From positions 3,247 through 67,246 of the forward strand of contig JADFRQ010000012.1 in assembly GCA_022561215.1 (NCBI GenBank): 64,000 nucleotides of DNA, written 5' to 3'. How positions within the stretch are numbered: position 1 is the stretch's first letter; every line of letters starts with the position of its first letter. The notes under the pieces were generated by a model that was not told where the DNA came from, did no database searches, and saw only the letters and a program-made list of their open reading frames with translations. The DNA is from Chloroflexota bacterium (lineage in GTDB: Bacteria > Chloroflexota > Anaerolineae > Anaerolineales > E44-bin32). This document shows, one piece after another, positions 38,300 to 47,917 of the stretch. The position numbers were made by a program, and so were the translations under genes.

Positions 38300-39661
38300 A
38301 TGGCAATCATTAAGAAATTCGGCAAACTAATGAAAAAACGAGAGAATGGGCGGACACTCGGGCAGGGAATGGTTGAATTTAGCATCATCCTGCCGATTGT
38401 GCTCACATCCTTCTTTACGATAATCGAGCTTGCGCGCCTTTACCATGCCTGGGTCGCCGTTGAAAACGGGGCACGATTTGGTGTGCGGTATGCCATAACA
38501 GGCGAGTTGGATACGACAAACTGCTCCGGAGGAACTTGTACGAATGAGGCCGAGGAAGACGCCGCACGCGTGGCCACAATTAAGGATGTAATTTGGGGAG
38601 GTTCGGAATCAATCCTGCGCAAAGACGAGGGGATTGGGATCAATTCGGACTCAGGCTTCTTCAATACCACAATTTGTGATCCGGATAATCTTGTGGGCCC
38701 TGCGTCGCAATATGATACCTATACTTGTACCAATGGCGAAGACGCCGGCGAACCCGGCGACCAGGTGGTCGTGATCGTGGAATACAACCATCCCATCATC
38801 GTGCCCATCATCAGCAATATTATTCCCCAAATCAGACTTACGGCCGAAAGACAATCGATCGTGGAAACATTTCGCGTTGTGAAATCAGATTCGGCGCCAG
38901 GATATAGCCCGCCTCCTCCGCCTCCGGCGATGACGCCTCCGCCAACGAGCACACCCGCGCCGACCGAATCCGCAGCCTACGATTACTGCGCGAATATCGT
39001 CTATGATGGCGATAATGAGTATGCGGATGTGATTTTCTGGGATCAATCCGAAACCTACGATAAAATGTGGAAATTCGCTTTCCTGGTTTTCAACAATAAC
39101 GAAATGTCCATGTATTTGACCGATTACTTCGTCGACTGGACTGGAGATGTAGATCTGCTCTACATCAGGTATGGCTCAGATTGTCCTCCCAGTTGGTGCT
39201 CGTACAAGCTATCTGCTAAAAACATAGCGAACGGGCCGGTGTATTGCTGGACATCGACCTCGAAAACCAGGCATTGCGGCTCCAACTCCAATGTCGAGTT
39301 CGTCTCCCGGCCTGGATGTCCTTCGGATTGTTATCCCACAGAAATTTACAACATGTTCTGTGGAGACGGAGGGCCATGTACCTACAATGAACCATGGAGT
39401 TCAAATGCTAATCCTGTAATCACTGGCAGTAGCTACACTTTCGAGGCGCAAGCAACCTGGACCTTTTATGCTAGCGATACTGGTGAAGCTGAAGATATTG
39501 AATGTGTAAAAACGTGGGACGTCAGCGGCAACGCCAAGGACCACTCTGGTGGGGGCAGCTCGAGCTGGCCAGATCCCACTCCAGCAGAATCAGGTGGGGG
39601 CGGTGGCGGCGGTGGCGGCGGTGGGAGCCCAACGCCTGATCCCAGCAGCCCGGATGATTAA
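38300..39661 (+). CDS. TadE family pseudopilin with large Cys-rich C-terminal extension
   Basis: GQGMVEF...LP, ARFGVRYA; Pro linker; Gly-rich tail. Confidence 0.8.
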   Translation: MAIIKKFGKLMKKRENGRTLGQGMVEFSIILPIVLTSFFTIIELARLYHAWVAVENGARFGVRYAITGELDTTNCSGGTCTNEAEEDAARVATIKDVIWGGSESILRKDEGIGINSDSGFFNTTICDPDNLVGPASQYDTYTCTNGEDAGEPGDQVVVIVEYNHPIIVPIISNIIPQIRLTAERQSIVETFRVVKSDSAPGYSPPPPPPAMTPPPTSTPAPTESAAYDYCANIVYDGDNEYADVIFWDQSETYDKMWKFAFLVFNNNEMSMYLTDYFVDWTGDVDLLYIRYGSDCPPSWCSYKLSAKNIANGPVYCWTSTSKTRHCGSNSNVEFVSRPGCPSDCYPTEIYNMFCGDGGPCTYNEPWSSNANPVITGSSYTFEAQATWTFYASDTGEAEDIECVKTWDVSGNAKDHSGGGSSSWPDPTPAESGGGGGGGGGGGSPTPDPSSPDD

Positions 39662-39688
39662 GCTTGGTTGAACACAATAACGTGCTAA

Positions 39689-39718
39689 CGGCCCCGCGAA
39701 AGTGGGGCCGGTCTTTTT
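39689..39718 (+). terminator. Intrinsic terminator
   Basis: CGGCCCCGC-GAAA-GTGGGGCCG followed by a T tract. Confidence 0.75.
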
Positions 39719-40321
39719 AAAGGTTTGCGACAATCCGGTCGAGGGAATGCTCCCGAACTTTGCGGAGTGCGCAACCTGAGCGAAGCTTGGCTCTCGACAT
39801 TCACCGCCGGTCCGCAGGACAAGCCCACCCCATAGCTTCGGCACTCTAGAGCGGGAGAAATTCCTGGCGCCTAATCCCTTCGGAAGCAAGAGGGGGCATG
39901 GTAACGGGCTATCGCTTGTGTTGCCTACTGCCTTTCAACACTTCTCATTTCGCGTGTGCAGCGCGGGGATCCGTATGGGCAACCGGCCATGTTTGACCCG
40001 AATGGATAAGGTAGTATTGGCAGCTGACCCTTCCCCGAGAAAAACGTACGCGTGTTTGACAATGTGCTTCAGCACGTGTTAGGCCCACTCGAAAAGATGG
40101 ATAACATCCAGCCCGTCGAAAATGCCGTGCGTGGCTTATGTCTGCAAGTGGGGAAACCATCACGAACAACCCTTCCACAAATTCATACTCCCCGGCATAT
40201 TCGCGCAAGAGTAATATAGGAAACTGAGCAAGAACATGAGTGGGTACAATTAGATAAGATTCGCCGCGTGCGTGAAAAAATCACGCGGTTCGCCATTCGA
40301 GTAGAAAGTGATGATTCATTG

Positions 40322-41491
40322 ATGTCCGGAAACCTGATGTTTAGTCTCGTCAAATTCGGGCGGCTTCTTCGCCGTGAGGGATTGGATATCCATAATGGAC
40401 GGATTGTAGACCTCCCCAAGGCCATTGAAACAATCGATATCGGAAATAGGGATGATTTTTATTATGTATGCCGCATCCTGCTCATTCACCGTCATGAGGA
40501 TATTGCTCTCTTCGACCAGCTCTTCCATCAATTTTGGCGCAAAAATGCGGCCCTCGAGAACAGACAGAATATAGTTCGTTACCATGATTTGCTCGCCCAT
40601 CCAGGATCTGATTCTCCTGCGCCTCAAGATCGCGACTACAGACACGGAAAAATTGAGGATCGGGAGGCAGATCGCGAACTTCCCAAAACCCTCGAACTGA
40701 CGTCAACCTATAGCGCCCGCGAAGCGCTTCGCCGCAAAGATTTCGCAGAATTGACCGGCGAGGAAATCGACGACGTCAAACAGTTGATTGCTGCACTTGT
40801 TTGGAAGTTGGGAGAAAAGCGAACTCGCCGTCACCTGCCCGGCTCCGGTCCGCGGCTTGATATGCGACGAACGTTCCGAAATAATTTGCGCTACGGAGGA
40901 GAAATAATGGAGTGGCAACGCCGGAGCCCAAAATTCAAACCTCGCCCACTCGTCATCCTTGCTGATATAAGCGGATCGATGGAACGCTATACGCGCATGT
41001 TCCTGCATTTTATGTACAGCTTGAGCTGGGGATTATCGCAGCGTGTTGAAGTTTTCGTCTTCAGTACTCGTTTGTCACGTATTACGCGTCAATTACGCAA
41101 TCGCAACCTGGAGCTGGCGTTAAAAGACATCGCCCAGCATGTCCCTGACTGGGCAGGGGGGACGCGAATCGGTGCCGCCCTAAAGACCTTCAACTTTGAT
41201 TGGGCGCGACGAGTGGTAAGGAGTAGGGCGGTGGTGCTTTTTATTAGTGATGGCTGGGATCGCGGGGACCCGCTGCAAATGGGCTTGGAAATGGCCCGAT
41301 TGCAACGCAGCTGCCATCGCCTCATTTGGCTCAACCCTCTCTTGGGTTCTCGTGATTTCGAGCCGCGCACACGCGGCACCCAGGCAGCGCTTGGCTACGT
41401 GGATGATTTCCTCCCCGTACATAACCTTTCGAGTTTGGAAAATTTGGCTAATTACCTGGCACTCTTAACTCCGAAACCCTCTAGACGATAG
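40322..41491 (+). CDS. CoxE-like VWA domain protein
   Basis: ADISGSM, FSTRL, GGTRIG, ISDGWD, WLNP. Confidence 0.88.
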   Translation: MSGNLMFSLVKFGRLLRREGLDIHNGRIVDLPKAIETIDIGNRDDFYYVCRILLIHRHEDIALFDQLFHQFWRKNAALENRQNIVRYHDLLAHPGSDSPAPQDRDYRHGKIEDREADRELPKTLELTSTYSAREALRRKDFAELTGEEIDDVKQLIAALVWKLGEKRTRRHLPGSGPRLDMRRTFRNNLRYGGEIMEWQRRSPKFKPRPLVILADISGSMERYTRMFLHFMYSLSWGLSQRVEVFVFSTRLSRITRQLRNRNLELALKDIAQHVPDWAGGTRIGAALKTFNFDWARRVVRSRAVVLFISDGWDRGDPLQMGLEMARLQRSCHRLIWLNPLLGSRDFEPRTRGTQAALGYVDDFLPVHNLSSLENLANYLALLTPKPSRR

Positions 41492-41824
41492 TGGAAGTTT
41501 GTTTCACTTTAAGTGATAAAGATTCGGCGTCTGATTTTAAGGGTACTGGGTTATGGAGATCGCAAGTGCCGCTCACAATATGGAGATTGATTCGAGTTAA
41601 CGTTTTGCGGGAAGTAGCAATGTCGAATTTTGTCATTGGCTCCCGTGGAGCAGGTATAGATCATCCTATCTCGCGATTCCAGACATGATCAGATTATTAA
41701 GGCGCCGGAAGGAGGCTAGAATCAATCCCCCAAATTTGCTTCAAAGTTAAGCGCAGTCCAATGCGCTGATTGCATAATCCTGGTTTAATTTACACTATAA
41801 TTTTTCCAATAGCCATTTTCTGGG

Positions 41825-42886
41825 ATGTTGAAGAAGGCGGAAGTGGGGCGTATGGCTGCTATCGTCGTCAACTCTCGTTATGAGAGTCGGCCAATCACGG
41901 GTGTTGAGCGCTATGCCAGGGAAGTAATTAAGCGCCTCGGCCCAAAAGTGAGCATAATTAAACCACGTCGAAGGCTTCGTGGAATTCAAGGTCATCTTTG
42001 GGAGCAAATCGAACTGCCGCGACAACTTGAAGGTGGCGAAGTTTTGTGGTCGCCGGCAAACACGGGGCCGTTAAAAATCGAGCACCAAGTTGTCACCATC
42101 CACGATATCAGTCCGCTAGATCATCCTGAATGGTATGCCCCGGCATTTGTCGCCTGGTATCGTTTCTTGATGCCTCGATTGGCAAAACGCGTGAGAAAAG
42201 TCATTACCGATTCGCAATTTTCAAAAGGACGTATTATTGAGCGTTTGGCGATCGATGAGAAAAAAGTAATCTCGATACCCTGCGGGGTTGATCAAGCCAA
42301 GTTTCACCCCTATAAGAAAGATGAAGCCGCTCAAATTCGGGAAAAATACGCACTCCGCGAGCCCTATCTCCTGGCAGTTGGTTCCCTTAACCCGCGTAAG
42401 AACCTCAATACGCTATTTCGGGCGTGGAGGAAAATCGGGTATTCGCTCGACGGGATGATGTTGGTGATTGTGGGGTCCGCTGGGCGAGCCTTCAAATCGC
42501 TTGAGCTTGACAATCTGCCGAAGCAGGTAAGATTCTTGGGCTACATCAATGATGATGATTTGCCTTTGTTGTATGCCTCCGCGCGCTGTTTTATCTTCCC
42601 AAGTTACTATGAGGGTTTTGGGTTGCCCATCCTGGAAGCCATGGCGTGCGGAGTTCCCGTGATCGCCTCCAAGGCGACAGCATTGCCGGAGGTTTTGGGA
42701 GACGCTGGAATTCAATTTGATCCCACGGATGTTGATGAGCTTGCAGCGGATATCAGGCATGTAATCGATGACGAAATGCTTTCCCGCGATCTAGTGCAGA
42801 GGGGACTGCAACGTGCAAAAGAGTACTCGTGGGAGCAGACGCGTGATCAAATTTGGGCTGTATTGAACGAACCATGGGCGGACTAA
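41825..42886 (+). CDS. Glycosyltransferase family 4
   Basis: TGVERY, TIHD, PRKN, EGFGLPILEAMACG; alternative start at 41852. Confidence 0.9.
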   Translation: MLKKAEVGRMAAIVVNSRYESRPITGVERYAREVIKRLGPKVSIIKPRRRLRGIQGHLWEQIELPRQLEGGEVLWSPANTGPLKIEHQVVTIHDISPLDHPEWYAPAFVAWYRFLMPRLAKRVRKVITDSQFSKGRIIERLAIDEKKVISIPCGVDQAKFHPYKKDEAAQIREKYALREPYLLAVGSLNPRKNLNTLFRAWRKIGYSLDGMMLVIVGSAGRAFKSLELDNLPKQVRFLGYINDDDLPLLYASARCFIFPSYYEGFGLPILEAMACGVPVIASKATALPEVLGDAGIQFDPTDVDELAADIRHVIDDEMLSRDLVQRGLQRAKEYSWEQTRDQIWAVLNEPWAD

Positions 42887-42890
42887 GAGC

Positions 42891-44063
42891 ATGATCCATA
42901 ATAATTTCTCGCTGGCATTTATCCATGATTGGTTGACGATAAAGGGTGGATCCGAGAAAGTGCTTCAGGTGCTGCTCCATATGTACCCGAAAGCGCCAGT
43001 TTATACTCTCGTTTATGCAGCTAATGTATTTGCCAATCACCCCGTTACGGATCACGAAATAACGACCTCCTTCATCAACAAACTCCCTCGAGCTCAAACC
43101 AAATATCGAAGTTATCTGCCCCTCATGCCGTTGGCGATTGAGCAATTTGATCTCCAGGATTATCAGGTGCTCCTATCATCGAGTCACGCGGTGGCCCACG
43201 GAATTCTTCCGGCTGCGGATCAGCTCCATATAAACTATATCTATACGCCTGTACGTTACGCTTGGCGGCTTTATCATGATTATATTATTGAGGCCAATCT
43301 GAATTCCGGGATTCGGGGAGCCATGGCGAAGGTCATTCTTCATTATTTGCGCCTGTGGGATCTCGCCGCTTCGCAGCGCGTGGATAAATTTATTTCGATT
43401 TCTCATTGGGTCTCGAAAAATGTGTGGCGCGCTTATCGGCGCAAAAGCAAGGTTATCTACCCACCCGTTGATGTTGATCTTTTTCGACCTCAGCATCCTC
43501 GAGCAGACTACTACATAACCGTTTCTAGACTGGTTCCCAACAAGAAAATTGCCATGATCATTGACGTGTTTTCAAAATTGGATTACCCCCTGATGGTTAT
43601 TGGCGATGGACCGGAACTCGAAAACCTGTCATCCCTGGCTACGCCAAATATTGATATTTTAGGTTGGCAATCCGATGAGGTTGTGCGCGAGATGCTGGGA
43701 AGGGCCAAGGCATTTATCCAGGTGGCCGAAGAGGATTTTGGCATCGCCTCCGTAGAGGCACAAGCGTCGGGATGTCCCGTCATCGCATTTGGCCGCGGTG
43801 GAGTTCTCGAAACTGTCATACCTGGGAAAACCGGAGTTTTTTTTGATGAACAGATCCCAGCGAGTCTTCAAAAAGTTGTACAGGATTTTGAATCCGGCGC
43901 CTATAAATTTAAAACCACCGATCTCCTGGCCAACGTCGAGCGATTTCGTAGAGAACGATTTGAACTCGAATTCGGCGATTTTGTGGATCGTGCGTGGGAA
44001 GAGTTTGTGATCGATCCTCAATTTACGACGGAGCATGGTTCAAACGCTGAAGCGCGGCCTTGA
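42891..44063 (+). CDS. Glycosyltransferase family 4 (mannosyltransferase-like)
   Basis: HDWL...GGSEKV, EDFGIASVEAQASG. Confidence 0.9.
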   Translation: MIHNNFSLAFIHDWLTIKGGSEKVLQVLLHMYPKAPVYTLVYAANVFANHPVTDHEITTSFINKLPRAQTKYRSYLPLMPLAIEQFDLQDYQVLLSSSHAVAHGILPAADQLHINYIYTPVRYAWRLYHDYIIEANLNSGIRGAMAKVILHYLRLWDLAASQRVDKFISISHWVSKNVWRAYRRKSKVIYPPVDVDLFRPQHPRADYYITVSRLVPNKKIAMIIDVFSKLDYPLMVIGDGPELENLSSLATPNIDILGWQSDEVVREMLGRAKAFIQVAEEDFGIASVEAQASGCPVIAFGRGGVLETVIPGKTGVFFDEQIPASLQKVVQDFESGAYKFKTTDLLANVERFRRERFELEFGDFVDRAWEEFVIDPQFTTEHGSNAEARP

Positions 44064-44205
44064 ATACTTTGGGTTTACGTTTGAATAGGAGCATATTCTG
44101 ACCACGCATAAGGGAATAATTGTTAATTGGAAGCTCCCCCTACCATCCCGACAGGATCGATCATCAGTTTTCAAAGCCCTCGCTCTTGGATCCTTTTCGG
44201 CTACC

Positions 44206-45495
44206 TTGATTTTTATACCTTTTCGTCTTTTTTTTCTTCTCCAAGCACGTCCGTTGGATGGGATTTATAGCGGGTACACAGATTTTCAGTTCTTTGTCAG
44301 CGATGGCTTCGGATTGTTAACACTGGCTTTTTGGGGAATTAGCCGATTCCTTCATCGTCAAAAACTGTCGAAAGGTCCCATCTTCCTGACGATACCCATC
44401 ATTGGCCTCACGCTGTTGGCTTTGCTAAGCGCACCGGGTTCCTTAGATCCAGGCCTCTCGATCTACCACGGGCTCCGTCTCATCTTGCTAGCCCTTCTCT
44501 ATTTGTATGTGTTGAATGAAATTACCCATCTTCATCAGGTAGTTTTCCCCCTGGTGGTCCAGATATTGATCCAGAGTGTTATCGCGATTGGCCAAATATT
44601 CAACCAACGCTCCTTGGGATTAAGTGTGATCGGCGAGGTGGAGCTTGAGCCGCTGTGGCCAGGCATAAGTATTGTGTTGTCAGAGGCACGATTGTCGCTG
44701 CGAGCCTACGGATTGAGTGATCATCCGAATATCCTGGGAGGAAGCTTGGCCTTTAGTCTATTACTCATAATTGCTTGGTATATTCAGAAGAATAAGTTGC
44801 GCAGGGCAGCATGGGTCGCCATCATGATCTTGGGCAGCGTGGCCTTGTTTCTCACCTACTCGAGATCCGCGTGGCTTGCTTTCCTGGCCGGCTCAATCGC
44901 AACCGCCTTTCTACTTTACCGCAAGAAGTTAAACAAATCGCTCCGGCGCTGGCTATTTATAACTCTCACGCTTTCGATTGCACTTTTGCCCATCCTGTGG
45001 ATGAATGCTGATTTCCTGGCGGCTCGCTTGGGCCTGAAAAATTCGTTTCGACTGTTGCGGACCGAGTCGACCTCGCTATATCAACGAGAAGTATTATTTC
45101 GTGCTGCGGCTGAGGTATTCATTGAAAATAGTATCTCCGGAGTGGGGTTGGGAACGATGCCCCAGGCCATTCAACTTAATAACCCGCAGTTTAGATTCTT
45201 TTCCCAGCCGGCACACTTTGCCCTGCTGGACGTCGCCGGAGAGATCGGCTTGTTGGGTGCGTTTTTTTATGCCGTGATATTAATCGGCCCTTGGCTGCGC
45301 CTGGGAATAAATTCTCGCGTGGTCCTGTCTAAAGACTTAATTGCAACATCGGCGGTTTTGTTGGCGATTACGGTTGTTGGCCTATTCGATTACTACCCCT
45401 GGTTATTGGCTCCGGGCCGTCTGTGGCAATGGATCATTTGGGGGTTGTGGGCCAGAACTTATCTAGATTCCCAGAGAGGGCAATCGATTGTTTGA
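44206..45495 (+). CDS. O-antigen ligase/polymerase (Wzy_C) family membrane protein
   Basis: RAYG...HPN, TYSRSAW, GVGLG, PAH; the frame is open upstream to 44089. Confidence 0.85.
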   Translation: MIFIPFRLFFLLQARPLDGIYSGYTDFQFFVSDGFGLLTLAFWGISRFLHRQKLSKGPIFLTIPIIGLTLLALLSAPGSLDPGLSIYHGLRLILLALLYLYVLNEITHLHQVVFPLVVQILIQSVIAIGQIFNQRSLGLSVIGEVELEPLWPGISIVLSEARLSLRAYGLSDHPNILGGSLAFSLLLIIAWYIQKNKLRRAAWVAIMILGSVALFLTYSRSAWLAFLAGSIATAFLLYRKKLNKSLRRWLFITLTLSIALLPILWMNADFLAARLGLKNSFRLLRTESTSLYQREVLFRAAAEVFIENSISGVGLGTMPQAIQLNNPQFRFFSQPAHFALLDVAGEIGLLGAFFYAVILIGPWLRLGINSRVVLSKDLIATSAVLLAITVVGLFDYYPWLLAPGRLWQWIIWGLWARTYLDSQRGQSIV

Positions 45496-46987
45496 CTACA
45501 TTCTCATCCCCGCTGCGATCCTTTACCTATCGGTCGTAGGATCCCTATTTCTCTACGGGCTCAATTTTTATTATTTGACGTATCTATCGATTAAGCAAAA
45601 GAGTTTCCCGCCTCTGGGGTCGCAGTCAAGTCGAAAATGGCCCAAGGTGACCGTGCAACTACCCATCTATAATGAAATGTATGTAGCAACGCGTTTGATC
45701 GATGCGGCGGCAGCCCTTGATTATCCGCGGCAGAAACTTGAAATCCAGGTCCTGGATGATTCGACCGATGAAACTTTTCATATCGCGGCAAATGTCGTCA
45801 GACATTGGAAGAATAAGGGTTTGAATATCGTCCACTTGCACCGCACGAACCGGGATGGTTTCAAAGCAGGGGCATTGCGGGAAGGGCTGAAATGTGCATT
45901 GGGGGAGTTTACGGCGATTTTCGATGCAGATTTTATTCCCCCACAAGATTTTCTCAAAAAAACCATTCCTTACTTTGATTCTCTTGATGTTGCCTTTGTA
46001 CAGACACGCTGGGAACACGTCAACAAAGCTTATTCCACTCTTACACTCTTGCAATCGCTTTCACTTGATGCGCATTTCATCGTTGAGCAATATTCGCGTA
46101 GTCAGGCAGGTTATTGGTTTAATTTTAATGGCACCGCGGGTGTGTGGCGCAAGGCGGCCATTGAAGATGCGGGTGGCTGGATGGCAAGGACACTCACCGA
46201 AGATTTAGATTTGTCTTACCGCGCCTTTTTGAAAGGGTGGCGCGCGGTATATCTCCCCAATGTAAGAGTCCCGGCTGAATTGCCGGTGACCTTCAGCGCT
46301 TATCGCCAACAGCAACAGCGCTGGGCGCAAGGAAGTCTCGCATGCGCGGCATTACTGCTGCCCAGGATATGGCGCAAGCACATCCCCTTGCGAGTGAAGA
46401 TCCAAAGCACTTTTCATCTTACCGGATATTTGGTGCACTTGCTGCTTTTTGCGTACTGCATCCTCTACCCCCTTCTAATTGTGGTTTCGTTGAATTATGC
46501 CGGCCTCATTTCAATTTTTGGGATTGCTTTGTTTTTCAACGTTACTTCACTCGCGCCAACGGCCCTATTCCTTGTGGCGCAATACAGATTGGGGAGTCGC
46601 TGGTGGAAGATCTTTCCCATGGTGCTGCTATTTTCAGCATTTGGTGGCGGGATGATGTTGAACACCGTTCGTGCTGTTATTCAGTTATTAAGACATGAAA
46701 AAAAGGTTTTTGAGCGGACTCCCAAATTGGGAATTGTTCGCAAAGGTGAGACATTCTCCAATAAAAACTATCAGCTAAAGTTGGATCGCCTCGTTTATGC
46801 AGAGGCATTATTTGGTGTGATGAATCTCTTTACGGCAGCCCTGGCACTACAATTTCATCATTGGTTAATCGCCGTGTACGCAGCGCTGTTTGGATTCGGG
46901 TTGTTATTTGTTTCTGGCACCTCCATTATCCAGCACGTCCGTATTTACGTGGATCGACGTCGCGTCTCCTCGTTGAGCAAAACATGA
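45488..46987 (+). CDS. Processive GT2 (cellulose synthase-like) glycosyltransferase
   Basis: QLPIYNE, DDS, KAG, DAD, TED, QQRW. Confidence 0.9.
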   Translation: MFDYILIPAAILYLSVVGSLFLYGLNFYYLTYLSIKQKSFPPLGSQSSRKWPKVTVQLPIYNEMYVATRLIDAAAALDYPRQKLEIQVLDDSTDETFHIAANVVRHWKNKGLNIVHLHRTNRDGFKAGALREGLKCALGEFTAIFDADFIPPQDFLKKTIPYFDSLDVAFVQTRWEHVNKAYSTLTLLQSLSLDAHFIVEQYSRSQAGYWFNFNGTAGVWRKAAIEDAGGWMARTLTEDLDLSYRAFLKGWRAVYLPNVRVPAELPVTFSAYRQQQQRWAQGSLACAALLLPRIWRKHIPLRVKIQSTFHLTGYLVHLLLFAYCILYPLLIVVSLNYAGLISIFGIALFFNVTSLAPTALFLVAQYRLGSRWWKIFPMVLLFSAFGGGMMLNTVRAVIQLLRHEKKVFERTPKLGIVRKGETFSNKNYQLKLDRLVYAEALFGVMNLFTAALALQFHHWLIAVYAALFGFGLLFVSGTSIIQHVRIYVDRRRVSSLSKT

Positions 46988-47910
46988 CCAGTATGCAATA
47001 TGCAAGATCGACGAGCACTTATTCCATTCCTTCATCTTCCATTGTGGAGGATGCCATACGCAGCACCCTAATCTATGCCGATGTGTTTGATTTTCCCCTA
47101 ACTGTGGATGAAATATATCGCTATTTGATCGGTCTCGACGCTTCCAGGAATGAAATAAAAGCGCAGCTGAATGAACGGTTGTTGCCGGGGGGACGAGTGA
47201 TGCGCAGAGGGGGTTACTTCATGTTGCCGGGAAGGGGGATTATTGGGGATCGGCGAGAGAGTAGGGAATACGCTGCCAAACAAATGCAGGGGCGGGCTAT
47301 TCGGTTTGGTAGGTGGATCTCGCATCTGCCATTTATCCGAATGGTGGCTCTTACAGGATCATTGGCTGCGCTCAATCATCGATCGAAGGAGGATTTTGAC
47401 TACTTCATCATTACCGAGCAAGGCTACTTGTGGCTGGCGCGCGGATTTATTCTGCTGCTAAATCGATTCGTTTCCAATGGTCGATCTAACCTATGCCCGA
47501 ATTACCTCATCAGCGAAAATAATTTGGCGCTGGCCGAGCGTGATCTCTATACGGCACAAGAACTTGTGCGTATGATCCTCATTTCCGGGGAGGAAACCTA
47601 TGCGCGTTTGAGGGATGAAAATCGCTGGGCTGATAAATTTTTGCCGAATGCTTCCGGCCCCCCTCAAGCACCGTTGCGCTCAAATTCTCGCAGGAAGCCA
47701 TTGCAGATTCTTCTCGAGCCACTGCTTAAATCGCCTATTGGCCGTCGAATGGAAGCATGGGAGATGCAGCGTAAAATTGCAAAACTAAGCGAATTAGATA
47801 ACTTTGGCGATGAGGTCGGTCTGAGTGCAGATCAATGCAAGGGTCATTTTGATGGCCATCGCGCCCGGACAATGGAAGCGTACGCAAAAAAATTAGCCGA
47901 TTACGTTTGA
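46984..47910 (+). CDS. Pol-beta-superfamily nucleotidyltransferase-like protein
   Basis: ALTGS...EDFDYFII (GS...DxD), LCPNY; ATGA overlap. Confidence 0.65.
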   Translation: MTSMQYARSTSTYSIPSSSIVEDAIRSTLIYADVFDFPLTVDEIYRYLIGLDASRNEIKAQLNERLLPGGRVMRRGGYFMLPGRGIIGDRRESREYAAKQMQGRAIRFGRWISHLPFIRMVALTGSLAALNHRSKEDFDYFIITEQGYLWLARGFILLLNRFVSNGRSNLCPNYLISENNLALAERDLYTAQELVRMILISGEETYARLRDENRWADKFLPNASGPPQAPLRSNSRRKPLQILLEPLLKSPIGRRMEAWEMQRKIAKLSELDNFGDEVGLSADQCKGHFDGHRARTMEAYAKKLADYV

Positions 47911-47917
47911 AACATCT

